From IMG/VR virus record IMGVR_UViG_3300037249_001368, positions 96,001 to 160,000 of that record: a DNA stretch of 64,000 nt, one strand, 5' to 3'. Position numbers and translations under genes: made by a program. Below are positions 29,625-39,884 of this stretch, piece by piece (position 1 is the first letter of the stretch; each line of letters begins with the position of its first letter). The DNA comes from a virus (Duplodnaviria > Caudoviricetes). The notes beneath the pieces are model-generated. The model did no database searches. It saw only the letters and a list, made by a program, of their open reading frames with translations, and was not told where the DNA came from.

Positions 29625-30073
29625 ATTGTTTCTTTCATATTTTCTTATCGAGGGTCGCAACCCAAAATTCTTACATCAGGGATTGTGTTGCTTGGATAGA
29701 CCAAAACATCAAAGGCAACTTCCCATACAAGATTTACTTCTCTGATAAAAGATTAAATCTAAAGGACTTCAATGCCAATCTTAAGCCAGCCAATACCAAC
29801 ATCATTATGTGGGATTCTATGCTGGTAAAAGAAAACTTTGAAATTACGGAGTTGGGCGACGTCAATGTAATTTTTCTGAAGCACAAAACAGAAATTTTCA
29901 AAAACACTAAATCCAAAAACGAGGCGGTTGATGAAAATTTTCTGTTGTTCAATGGTTTCAAATGTGTGTATCTAAACCCCGATAAGAACGAAACGAATTA
30001 TCAATACGACACCATAATTTCCGAGGACAAATACATTTTTGATTTGTCGAAGTATACAAACAATAAAGCATGA
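29621..30073 (+). CDS. Hypothetical protein
   Basis: Likely ATG at 29621, overlapping the upstream stop (ATGA). Confidence 0.55.
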   Translation: MNCFFHIFLSRVATQNSYIRDCVAWIDQNIKGNFPYKIYFSDKRLNLKDFNANLKPANTNIIMWDSMLVKENFEITELGDVNVIFLKHKTEIFKNTKSKNEAVDENFLLFNGFKCVYLNPDKNETNYQYDTIISEDKYIFDLSKYTNNKA

Positions 30074-30119
30074 ACATCTGAAAGATGTGAGTGATTAAAA
30101 ACCTAAACAATCATTAATC

Positions 30120-31340
30120 ATGACCAGATACTTAGCTATCGACGGCAACTATTTTGCCACAAGGTGTATCATGATTCTCAACCAAGGGGATAACGTGAAT
30201 AACCTTGAAACTGACTTAGAATGTCAGAATTATTATGAAGCCCTAAAAGTCCAATTCGCAAAGGTTTGGGACATTTTGGGCAGATACTGTGACAATGTGA
30301 TTTTCGTGGCTGATTCTTGGTCATGGCGCAAACAACTTAAACCCTATGTTCCTTTCTATGTCAAGAAGCAGATACAGGAGGAAGAAGGTGTGGAAATCAA
30401 CATTGAGTATAAAGGTCTGAGAAAGGAATACAAGGAGCAGTCCGACATTAATTACGACAACCTGTACAAAATCTTCGGTCAGTTTGTTGATATGATTTGG
30501 GACAAGATTCCTACATTCAGAGTTGATGGCCTCGAGGGTGATGACTTACTTTGTCTGTTGTCAAAGAAGATTAATCATGACCACGACCAATGTTGTATGT
30601 TTGCAACCGATAAGGACTTGACGCAACTCATTGACGGTGGCATGTTTATGTACACCAACACCAAGTCCAAGAGAAACCCCTACGGAGCATTCATCATTTC
30701 AAGAGAACTTTCAGATGCTTACATCCCCGAAAAACCAGACCCGCTGAAAATGTTGATGGCGAGAAACGGCGATGATGCCACTTTCAAGCAACTGCTCAAC
30801 ATTGACATGTATGACCGAATGAATACTATACAAAGGTCAATGACCAGCGGTATTGAGATTTCATCCCCGTACAAAACCATCCTTCTGAAGATTATATGTG
30901 GGGATAAATCCGATAACATTCTACCGTTGATTAGATGGCGTACCAATGAAAAAACATTCTCCGTCACAGAAAAAATGGTTGAGAGAGCTTTCCAAAACAT
31001 GATGGAGAACTTCAACGAAGGAACCGCAAAGATGATTCTCAACGATAACGACAGTGTCGTGGACCTGCTTGGCAATCTTATGATTATCACCAAGCAAAAA
31101 ACATCAATGACGAATCTTAGAGAACATTTCAATCATAACAGAAAACTCGTGGAGTTGGACCCCAAATACTTCCCCGAGGAATCTGTCACAAAGTTTGAAA
31201 CCCGCTATAAAGAACTTCTGCCTAAATTAAATCAAAATTTGGGTTATGAATACATAAGAGAGATTCTCAATTTGGCAACAGCCCAAATCAGTGACAAGGC
31301 AACTAACATCTTGAGAGACTCAATACCTGAAGACTTTTGA
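30120..31340 (+). CDS. RNase H / 5'-3' flap exonuclease (T4 rnh-like)
   Basis: IDGNY, SWRK, YKGLR, EGDD, TDKDLTQL, GDKSDNI. Confidence 0.88.
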   Translation: MTRYLAIDGNYFATRCIMILNQGDNVNNLETDLECQNYYEALKVQFAKVWDILGRYCDNVIFVADSWSWRKQLKPYVPFYVKKQIQEEEGVEINIEYKGLRKEYKEQSDINYDNLYKIFGQFVDMIWDKIPTFRVDGLEGDDLLCLLSKKINHDHDQCCMFATDKDLTQLIDGGMFMYTNTKSKRNPYGAFIISRELSDAYIPEKPDPLKMLMARNGDDATFKQLLNIDMYDRMNTIQRSMTSGIEISSPYKTILLKIICGDKSDNILPLIRWRTNEKTFSVTEKMVERAFQNMMENFNEGTAKMILNDNDSVVDLLGNLMIITKQKTSMTNLREHFNHNRKLVELDPKYFPEESVTKFETRYKELLPKLNQNLGYEYIREILNLATAQISDKATNILRDSIPEDF

Positions 31341-31366
31341 TTTTCAAATATCATAATCATATCACA

Positions 31367-31873
31367 ATGGATTACAAAGAAATAACTTTTAAGGACCTCA
31401 AAATCTCAGAGGAGCAAGAACCGTACATCTACTCTATCGAGGGCCTGTTTGAGCAAAAAGTCTTCAGCAACGAAATCGAGCTTGTGCCTAAATGCACCAA
31501 ACGGTCCTTCTTGATTATGGACAACGAGAAGTACAACGAAACATATCTGAAAGATGTGTTCGAGGAATGGTACAAGGAACTCGATGACGAAACCAAGGCA
31601 AATGCAGCAGAAGTCGACTATTACTACACAGGCGACTTCAGACTCAGGATGCTGCTCACCAAACCGCACATTTTTGACATCAGGAAAGAATACACCGAAC
31701 AGGAAAAAACTTTGATGGAGCACCAAGTTCTTTCTCCAGTGATTCTATCATTCAATCCTAACAGTAATGTCATTGGCATTATCGAAGAACCGAGAATGGG
31801 CGTTATAACTAAGTTTGACATTCCAGACATTTTCAAATTTTTGCATGACGATTCAATAACATTGGACGACTAA
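31367..31873 (+). CDS. Hypothetical protein
   Basis: Likely ATG at 31367. Confidence 0.55.
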   Translation: MDYKEITFKDLKISEEQEPYIYSIEGLFEQKVFSNEIELVPKCTKRSFLIMDNEKYNETYLKDVFEEWYKELDDETKANAAEVDYYYTGDFRLRMLLTKPHIFDIRKEYTEQEKTLMEHQVLSPVILSFNPNSNVIGIIEEPRMGVITKFDIPDIFKFLHDDSITLDD

Positions 31874-32364
31874 TGGGAGCCAAGGAACAGCAATTTCAAG
31901 CATTTCAAGAGTTTCAGAAAGTATTTTTTACGAGCCCAGAAAGATTTTCAAGATACACTAATTTTGAGGTTAACAAGCATGCTTTCATTTTACTGACGAA
32001 TATCTCTAAAGGTTTTCCTGCGATGATTGACCAGATTCTGAACTTAAAAGGTTTTGGATGGACAGGTTTTCAGTCATTAGAAATACTCAGGGCACTTCAA
32101 ATGAAGTTAATAAACCCATACACAGGCAGTAGATTACCGTCATATTTGTTCTATAAAACACAGAAGGCTACTAAGGAAAAATCAAAGAAGACCGATAAAG
32201 GATTAGAGTTTTCCCCAGACGTCGTCGCTGAGATTTGCAGTATTCTTAAAATGGATTCGAAGACTTTTGAGTATCTTAAGTATTCACCAAGAGTGCAAAA
32301 CACAGGAAGACAGATTATAGGTGACTTCAGAGAAGTAGAAAAATCATCAAAGAAAAAGAATTAG
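31873..32364 (+). CDS. Hypothetical protein, possibly gp62-like clamp loader subunit
   Basis: Size, replication-cluster context, weak FIL..ISKGFP pattern. Confidence 0.3.
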   Translation: MGAKEQQFQAFQEFQKVFFTSPERFSRYTNFEVNKHAFILLTNISKGFPAMIDQILNLKGFGWTGFQSLEILRALQMKLINPYTGSRLPSYLFYKTQKATKEKSKKTDKGLEFSPDVVAEICSILKMDSKTFEYLKYSPRVQNTGRQIIGDFREVEKSSKKKN

Positions 32365-32402
32365 TTAATAGTTAGACAGTAGTTAAACGTTTCATCTTCG
32401 AG

Positions 32403-32438
32403 GAAGCCTGTCGCCGTGAGGTGGCAGGCTTCAATTTT
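32403..32438 (+). terminator. Hairpin/terminator with GTGA tetraloop
   Basis: GAAGCCTGTCGCC/GGTGGCAGGCTTC. Confidence 0.7.
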
Positions 32439-32489
32439 GCTTAAATGTTTTTGGTAATATATACCTAAACATATTTAATCCGTAAAATC

Positions 32490-32786
32490 ATGTTAAGTCT
32501 TAAGATTCAAAACATCCAAGAAAACGCCGAGGAACTTGAGCGCAGGGTTAGAAAATCGACGGCCTTGTCTGCCAGTGTCAAGAAAAACATTCTGAAATAC
32601 ATCAAGACCGAAGATTGGTACAATGTCATTCGTCAGTTGCTTTCGGCCTTTGACGGCGTTACTTACGACAAGATTCTGAACTATCCTGGCAAGACTCGTA
32701 TCGAGATTACGATGGCTTTGGCTCAGTGTACTGCCTACAAGTTCAACGAGTTCTGTCAAAAGTGCTATGACAAATACTTTGTCTAA
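32490..32786 (+). CDS. Hypothetical protein
   Basis: 98-aa ORF. Confidence 0.55.
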   Translation: MLSLKIQNIQENAEELERRVRKSTALSASVKKNILKYIKTEDWYNVIRQLLSAFDGVTYDKILNYPGKTRIEITMALAQCTAYKFNEFCQKCYDKYFV

Positions 32787-33391
32787 TGAAGAACAGTGTC
32801 GTTAAATATCTGATAACTGCCATAGTAATCCTTTCTATGGCAGTTGTCGGGTTGATTTGTTATTTCACATCACCCCGATACCTAAAACCGTGCGGTGATG
32901 TGGAAACAAGTGACACTATCACAAAGACAGATACTTGTTGGTTGCCATCAGACACCGTTTACTTAGATAAGTTCGTACCGAAACCTGTTCCTGTACCTCA
33001 ATACATTTCTGACACTGAATGGATGCCATGTCAGGATTCAGTTCCAATCACCCAACAGTATTTCAAGAACGACGTCCTTGATTTGTGGGTGTCAGGGTTT
33101 AATGTTCAGGTAGACAGCATGAGATACCGCGAAACACACATTCACGATACGGTCATAATCAAAGAAACAACCCAAATAAACAATACAAAGATTGAGAGAT
33201 TTAACGTGGGTGTTGGTGTGGGAACTTACTATTATCCATTCAAGGGTTCATTCAATCCATACATGGAATGTGATGCAAGTTACCGATTCAAAAACAAAGT
33301 TGGGGTAAATGCAGGAGTTGGTTTGATTGGAGACATACCCCAAAAAGACATACAACCATTTGTTAAGGTTGGAGTCACTTATAATTTCTGA
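32786..33391 (+). CDS. Membrane-anchored spanin-like lysis candidate
   Basis: N-terminal TM, DT(I/V) repeats, C-terminal GVGVG beta strands ending in F. Confidence 0.4.
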   Translation: MKNSVVKYLITAIVILSMAVVGLICYFTSPRYLKPCGDVETSDTITKTDTCWLPSDTVYLDKFVPKPVPVPQYISDTEWMPCQDSVPITQQYFKNDVLDLWVSGFNVQVDSMRYRETHIHDTVIIKETTQINNTKIERFNVGVGVGTYYYPFKGSFNPYMECDASYRFKNKVGVNAGVGLIGDIPQKDIQPFVKVGVTYNF

Positions 33392-33438
33392 GAGTGTGAT
33401 TATTCTTCATAGGATGGGTATAACATTTTTCTTTGTGG

Positions 33439-33469
33439 GAAAGCCGTCAGCAATGGCGGCTTTTTCTTT
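33439..33469 (+). terminator. Intrinsic terminator
   Basis: AAAGCCGTCA-GCAA-TGGCGGCTTT plus U tract. Confidence 0.8.
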
Positions 33470-33474
33470 ATTCT

Positions 33475-33504
33475 GCCTAAAGATTTATCTGTCTTTGGTA
33501 TAAA
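33475..33504 (+). promoter_or_regulatory. Phage promoter-like motif GCCTAA-N16-GGTATAAA
   Basis: Bipartite motif upstream of the primase-helicase. Confidence 0.7.
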
Positions 33505-33533
33505 GAAATAAGGTCTAAAATCATTGATAATTT

Positions 33534-36500
33534 ATGCAGTCGCGAGACATAATTAGGGCTGTTGACATAGATTTTAGGGAAGCGAATGTCAGCAGTGAAA
33601 TAAACGAAGAGATTGCCAAGTACATAAAATCTCTGGTTGTCAAGAAACTTAACCAAATCAAAAAGACTGAATCGGAACAGAGGGGCGATGACAAGTTCGA
33701 GGTAACAGAAGAACTGAAAGAAAAAGTCAAAGCAGATGTCCTCGCCAGTGATGATGTCAAAAAATATAAAGAATTTTTAGCGGAGAATATCAGAAAGAAG
33801 ATTCAGAATTATTCAATGATTCGTAACGAAATCGACAATATGAACGAACTCCACGTACTGGGTTCTCACGTCGAGCGGTTAGGTTTCCAAGATTTGGTAA
33901 TGAAATCATTGAAAGAACTCATCAAGATAAGTTCAGACAACATTGATGATTATAATCATATTTGTGGTCAGTTGACAGCAAAGATTGATGAATACATTAA
34001 TCGTTACAAAGGAACAGAGTTAAAATTTCGTAAGAAGTACAACAACCTTTTTGATGAGAAAGATTCCCTACAGATTTTGTTGAACATGCGTAAACTTTAC
34101 ACCATCAAAAAAGACATGGACGGTGTGGAGTTGTATGACATGTTCAATATGTTTGATAACATTGATATGAGTAACCTGTTATCAGACATTTGTTTTTATA
34201 ACTGTGCCAATAACATCAAAAGCAATCTTCTGAATGAGTTGAATCATACAGATAGGGGTGTTGGTAAATTGATTCAGAATAACATAGTAACAAATAAGTT
34301 GCTTGGTTGTTTATTTAGAAACACATTACAACGGAATACAGAAGATTATCCAGACTTTCCAATCATAACAAATAACGCTGTAACTTGTCTTGACACAACT
34401 TATACAACCACAATGACTGATACCAAAGTTTACAGTACAAGAACTTTAGGTGAGTTGTTGTTTGAAATCACGAACGAGGATTTGAGGTACATAGACAAAA
34501 CCCAGCGTCAACAGATTTATATGACCTATGACGGTTCTCGTCCAAAATCAGACGAGTATTGGAAATGGAATGGATTGCAGGTTTTTGATATTGACTTGAA
34601 AGAATGGGTAAAACGGGGAAACAATATCAAAAAGTTGAAGGACCGTTTATTTGAGACTTTGTCTGATTTTAGATGGTTCCTTTGGATTTGTTTTTCTTCA
34701 TCAGGACGTGGTATCCACATTTACACCAAAGTCGCACCTCCACATCATGTGTATATCAAGGATGAAGCCAAAAATAATCAGATTTCTGAGTATTGTTATA
34801 GGATTAATTACTACACCAAAGCATCAGTTATCTATACACTGTTTTATAAAATAAGGAATGAGTTTGGGTTCACTGAGGAAGATTTTATGACAGCGGGAAA
34901 TGAATCACAATACTCAACTGGTTTTGAATTGAAGTGCTTGGACAATACCGTAGGTAGAATTACATCAGGTATTCGTTTGACATACGACCCAGATATTATG
35001 GTGAATATGAACTTCATGGATTTACCAATATTTTATAACTTGTGTCAAACTTACAATGGTTTCAATTACAAGAAAGATATCGACAATATAATTTTCAGAA
35101 ATACCAAGATATCACGGAGCGCATTAGACACCATCGAGGAACTTTATCAAGCAATGAAGAACCCCGATAAGACAGAACCAGAAAAGAAAGTAAATATATC
35201 AGAGTTAGTCCTTCAGGGTTACGACATAACCAAGTATAAAGAATTACCAATATCAGCAATCAAGTACAAACTTCGTTACGAAGTATGTAACACATTGGCA
35301 GCGTTGTATGGCAAGGATGGTTTACAACTGGCGCACATGATTCTTAGGAGTTCTGAATGTAGAAACGAAAAAGAAATCAATGCGTTCTACGCTTCAGCAT
35401 TAAGAAATAAGAAGGAGGCCTCGAAGTTTGGGTTGGATGTGTTACAGAAAGTTGGTGTTGTAAAATCTGTCAATAAGGAATTTGATGAAACCCTTGTTGA
35501 TAAGTATAAGTTATTCCTCAAAAAACAAATCGAGAAGTCGGCTGAGGTAAGTGAGCAGGATTACAATCTGCGTCTTGGTGACGGAGAGTATTTGGGCACT
35601 AACCGAGAAAAATTGTTAAATTTGTTGAAACAGGAAAAAATAAATCTGATTTATGCTGCACCAGCCAGTGGTAAATGTCTCGGAAAAGATACACCAGTTC
35701 TGATGTATGACGGGAGTATTAAAATGGTACAAGACATAAAAGAAGGAGACCTGTTGATGGGCATTGACTCCACACCAAGAACAGTGATTTCTACATGCAG
35801 TGGTAGGGAGGAAATGTTTTTGATAACACCAAAAAAAGGTGGTGATTCATATACGTGCAACAAATCACATATAAACTCATTTGTAATGAGTGGTGATTGG
35901 AAATTCCAGATGACTTCATATGGTCCGAAAATACCTGATTTAACTAAAATAGTTGATATCGATTGCCAAGCACTGATAAATTCCGGTTACAATTATAGAT
36001 GGGGCAAGTTTAATCTTTTCCATGTTCCAGTGAATTTTTCTGAAAAAGAAGTTCATATCAATCCGTATTATTTAGGATTATGGTTAGGAGATGGTAGAAA
36101 AGATTCTACAAGTATAACAATAGGTGGTCAGGATATTGAAATAACACATAGATTTCTTGAAGAATATGCGGAAGAATTGGGGATGCAAGTTGCAGATTAC
36201 AAAGATTTGAGAAGAGATGTTTGGGTATCAGGTATTATAAAACCAGACAAAACAAAGCATAATAAGTTTTATCCAAACATTTTATTAGAAAAACTAAAAG
36301 AATACAACTTAATTAATAATAAACACATACCCACAGATTTCTTAAGAAATTCAAGAAAAATCAGGTTAGAAATTTTGGCAGGTTTACTTGATTCTGATGG
36401 ATATGTTGCCAGTCCCAATATGGAAATAACACAGAAATCTTTGAGATTGGCAGAAGATATATGTTATCTGTGCAGGTCTTTAGGATTTCAGGTAGGAAAA

Positions 36501-38783
36501 AGTATAAAATATGTTAACGGTGTTCCTTATTACAGAGTAAGATTGAGTGGAGATTTTTCACAGGTTCCAATGAAAATACTAAGAAAAAAACCGGTTAGAA
36601 TAGATTATCAAAAAAATCCCTTAGTATCAGGTTTTACTATAAAATCGATAGGTGAGGGAGATTATTACGGTTTTGTTATTGATGGGCCTGACAAACATTT
36701 TCTGTTGGGAGATTTCACGGTAACACATAACACAGAGTTAATCAAGTCCCTCGCAAGAGAGAAGCGTGTAATGTTAGTTCTCCCGTTTATTTCAGTAATC
36801 AAGAACAAGATTGAGTCCGATGAATCAATCATGGAGCTTTTTGACTGTTATTATGACAACAAGGATATTTCAAAAATTGAGCACGGAATCAATGCTGTTA
36901 CCACGTTTGATAAATTCTCTAGAGCAGATTATGAGAAAATTTCGCGAATGTTTGATTACATTGTGATTGACGAAGAGCACCTATTGTTTAACTCACAATA
37001 CAGAATCCATACAACCTCGAACAGCATTAAGAAATTAAGACAGTTGCAGTACATTGCTTCTAATGACCCATTCTCAGCCAAAATTTTGATGATGACTGGT
37101 ACTCCAACAGGCTCTGAATTTTTCTTTAAGAACAACGGCAATTTTATCCGTGTTTACAAGAAAATGATGGATAAATCTATGGAGTTTCACATTTGCAACG
37201 ATTTGCTGGATGCGACGACTCGTATGGCTTATAAGTGTTATCAGTTGATAAACCAAAATCATAAAATCATAATTCCAACAAACAAGGGAGACATATACAC
37301 AGAGAAGTTGGTTGGTATGATTCGTCATTTATTGGGCAGAGATGTTCGTTATGGATATTATAAGAGGGCTAATAACGAGCAAGATATCGTTGCAAATATC
37401 AATCAATCGAATACAGTCGGTGATTACGAAATAATCTTTTGCACCAATTATCTGTCAGTTGGTATCGACATTAATGATACCACCAATCCATTCGCGGTAA
37501 TGTATTTGGGTAATTGGAGTGCGTTTGAGATTGAGCAGTTTAATTCAAGAATCAGAAGACAAAATATCCAATCATTCTACTTCATAAAAACTCTGACAAA
37601 CAACAACAAATTTGACGATTTATTGTATGAAGAGCCAGAGTTCCAGCTGCGATTAACAGATGAAGATATCGAAAACTTTAAGGATGACAAGGAAATTGCA
37701 GCCAAGAAACAGGAATTTATAGCTGTCTATGACCCGCTATTGAATAATATAACGACTCCTGGTTTTTCAACAATCGCTGGACAAATCAAATTCAACAAGG
37801 AGGAATACGAACTGGTGAATTTTGAAAACAAGTATTCTGAATGTTTCCAACACCCATTAAAGGTGGCTTCAGTTCTTGCAAGTTATGGTTACAACATATC
37901 AGTAAGTTTGGATTTTGATGGATTGGATATTGATTTGCAGACAGAACTTAAGCAGGTAGGTATAGATTCAGCCAAGGAGGAAAAAGTCAGGAAAAATGAT
38001 TTAATGATTGGAACATTCATGGATTTGATTAAACTGAACAAGTATGTTTCTCAACAAACTATGTTGGAGTTTAACAACACTATCGAGTACATTATGAAAA
38101 ACACTTATGATGTAGTTGAAGACCGTGATATGGCTGATTACGTCAGTGTTACATTTAACCAATTCGCACAACCAGAGAAGATTTTCGTAAAATCGAAAGT
38201 TGCTTTGGATAAAATGATTCGTCCTGCTTATTACCTAATTCAGAGATATTCGCCAAACAAATGTTATGATATCATAAATCAGTACATTGACTCCAATGGA
38301 ATTTTGAAGAAAAAGAACTTTCAGCGTGCAGTCAATCTATTGAAGTTAGTTGAGGCTCACGGTAACAACGAGTTGTCAGTTGGTGTTGAAAAAGTCATAG
38401 AAAACATATACGAGTATACAGATAAGTTCATTGTTGACGAAAATTATTTGGTTTCGTATTCATCATACATGACGTATATCGACAACCTTACAAATGATTA
38501 CATAACATTTCTCGGTATGAACATTAGAACCCGATATGGTTATGACAAAATCAGAGAATCAATCCTTGAAATTTTCAAAGACATAACCGTACCAGAAAAA
38601 CACGGCAAAAACATTCGTTTCAAATATAACAAGATGCCCGAGCAAGATTCATCATCAATCATAAATCGTAGAAGTGTTGATATTTTGATTGAAAAGATGT
38701 TTGCGGTCACGAATGATGTCATCAGCAGTTCTAAGTTGAAACTTAGAGAAAATCACATAGTATTAGAACCTCAGAAGTTTTAA
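33534..38783 (+). CDS. AEP-type (BT4734/VirE-N-like) primase fused to an SF2 helicase, intein-containing
   Basis: Primase motifs NGLQVFDID, SSSGRGIHIY, LTYDP; helicase motifs APASGK|T, DEEH, MTGTP, SVGIDI, EQFNSRIR. Confidence 0.75.
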   Translation: MQSRDIIRAVDIDFREANVSSEINEEIAKYIKSLVVKKLNQIKKTESEQRGDDKFEVTEELKEKVKADVLASDDVKKYKEFLAENIRKKIQNYSMIRNEIDNMNELHVLGSHVERLGFQDLVMKSLKELIKISSDNIDDYNHICGQLTAKIDEYINRYKGTELKFRKKYNNLFDEKDSLQILLNMRKLYTIKKDMDGVELYDMFNMFDNIDMSNLLSDICFYNCANNIKSNLLNELNHTDRGVGKLIQNNIVTNKLLGCLFRNTLQRNTEDYPDFPIITNNAVTCLDTTYTTTMTDTKVYSTRTLGELLFEITNEDLRYIDKTQRQQIYMTYDGSRPKSDEYWKWNGLQVFDIDLKEWVKRGNNIKKLKDRLFETLSDFRWFLWICFSSSGRGIHIYTKVAPPHHVYIKDEAKNNQISEYCYRINYYTKASVIYTLFYKIRNEFGFTEEDFMTAGNESQYSTGFELKCLDNTVGRITSGIRLTYDPDIMVNMNFMDLPIFYNLCQTYNGFNYKKDIDNIIFRNTKISRSALDTIEELYQAMKNPDKTEPEKKVNISELVLQGYDITKYKELPISAIKYKLRYEVCNTLAALYGKDGLQLAHMILRSSECRNEKEINAFYASALRNKKEASKFGLDVLQKVGVVKSVNKEFDETLVDKYKLFLKKQIEKSAEVSEQDYNLRLGDGEYLGTNREKLLNLLKQEKINLIYAAPASGKCLGKDTPVLMYDGSIKMVQDIKEGDLLMGIDSTPRTVISTCSGREEMFLITPKKGGDSYTCNKSHINSFVMSGDWKFQMTSYGPKIPDLTKIVDIDCQALINSGYNYRWGKFNLFHVPVNFSEKEVHINPYYLGLWLGDGRKDSTSITIGGQDIEITHRFLEEYAEELGMQVADYKDLRRDVWVSGIIKPDKTKHNKFYPNILLEKLKEYNLINNKHIPTDFLRNSRKIRLEILAGLLDSDGYVASPNMEITQKSLRLAEDICYLCRSLGFQVGKSIKYVNGVPYYRVRLSGDFSQVPMKILRKKPVRIDYQKNPLVSGFTIKSIGEGDYYGFVIDGPDKHFLLGDFTVTHNTELIKSLAREKRVMLVLPFISVIKNKIESDESIMELFDCYYDNKDISKIEHGINAVTTFDKFSRADYEKISRMFDYIVIDEEHLLFNSQYRIHTTSNSIKKLRQLQYIASNDPFSAKILMMTGTPTGSEFFFKNNGNFIRVYKKMMDKSMEFHICNDLLDATTRMAYKCYQLINQNHKIIIPTNKGDIYTEKLVGMIRHLLGRDVRYGYYKRANNEQDIVANINQSNTVGDYEIIFCTNYLSVGIDINDTTNPFAVMYLGNWSAFEIEQFNSRIRRQNIQSFYFIKTLTNNNKFDDLLYEEPEFQLRLTDEDIENFKDDKEIAAKKQEFIAVYDPLLNNITTPGFSTIAGQIKFNKEEYELVNFENKYSECFQHPLKVASVLASYGYNISVSLDFDGLDIDLQTELKQVGIDSAKEEKVRKNDLMIGTFMDLIKLNKYVSQQTMLEFNNTIEYIMKNTYDVVEDRDMADYVSVTFNQFAQPEKIFVKSKVALDKMIRPAYYLIQRYSPNKCYDIINQYIDSNGILKKKNFQRAVNLLKLVEAHGNNELSVGVEKVIENIYEYTDKFIVDENYLVSYSSYMTYIDNLTNDYITFLGMNIRTRYGYDKIRESILEIFKDITVPEKHGKNIRFKYNKMPEQDSSSIINRRSVDILIEKMFAVTNDVISSSKLKLRENHIVLEPQKF
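35676..36731 (+). mobile_element. Intein (352 aa) with LAGLIDADG homing endonuclease, in Walker A
   Basis: Starts CLGKDTPV after SGK, ends VTHN before T; LGLWLGDG and LAGLLDSDG motifs. Confidence 0.93.
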
Positions 38784-38802
38784 CAAGAGATATACTCCAT
38801 CA

Positions 38803-38832
38803 ACCTAAATCCAAACCAATAAACAGTATACA
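38803..38832 (+). promoter_or_regulatory. Phage promoter-like motif ACCTAA-N16-AGTATA
   Basis: Variant at the head of a small-ORF cluster. Confidence 0.55.
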
Positions 38833-38851
38833 TAACCAAACACATAACATT

Positions 38852-39884
38852 ATGCCAACAGGACCGTTATTGGGATTTCAGAAAATAGAAGGAAAACATC
38901 TTGAGAGAGTAACTCGGATGAAAAAGGACACCTTAGACCGTCTCAAAGAAGTATACGGAGAGAGTGTGCCGCAACCAATATTAGACCAGATTGAATACAT
39001 AATCAGAGAATCGTACAAAGAGGCTTATGTCTACGGTTTCAATGACTGTTATTGGGAATCTCACTAAAATTTCACGGATATGATGACAGAACTGATTTAC
39101 ACAATTTTGAAACTCCTTGGAGCACTGATTATTGTTGGTGTCGTGGGTGTGATAATGGTGGCGGGTGTTATGTTTCTTTATAGTGTGTTTGAAGACATAT
39201 TCAAAACTAATAAAAATCGAACAGATGATACGGTTCAATTTCAGGATAATCTTCGACCAGAAGAGCAAAGTCAACAAACTCAGAAAACGGATTGAAGCAC
39301 AGAAACAGAAGGAAAAGGAGTATGCTATGCTCATGCAACAGTACGGCATCTCTTGTAAGACTTGTCAAAATGGTGAGTGCTTGAGAGCAGGCATAGCCAA
39401 CAGTCCTTGTTTTTGTTTGGATTTCAGAAAATAAATATGTTAGGTTCTTGGTACTATAATTTACTTCTACTGATAGCTTGCATGTCTTTATGTTCTAGAG
39501 GAGCATCAATCATTGGTGGAATAATCGAGTTCAAGCACCAACTTGAAAAGCATGATAAAACCAATGTTTCTGTTGGTTTTGATTGTTGGATAGTAGGTGC
39601 GGCTCTTTCTTATATAATTTGGTACATAACACAACATTAATGATATGAATGAACTCAGATACATTTTCTACTTTGGTATGTTGGTGATTGCCTGTATTTT
39701 TGCTTGTAACTGTTTCATGAATCTTTACGGCAACGCAGCTAATATCAAAGAAATTGATAAAACCAAGTACGGGTGTGTGAATCATAAAATTGATGTTTGG
39801 TCATGCATCATGTTTGGTGTTTCAGTAGCGTACATAATTTGGTTCGTTTTGATAAATCCCTTAAAATCTATACAATTATGGTAA
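38852..39884 (+). other. Cluster of five small ORFs (38852-39067, 39080-39295, 39225-39434, 39437-39640, 39645-39884)
   Basis: Tightly packed; three are hydrophobic, one is Cys-rich. Confidence 0.55.
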
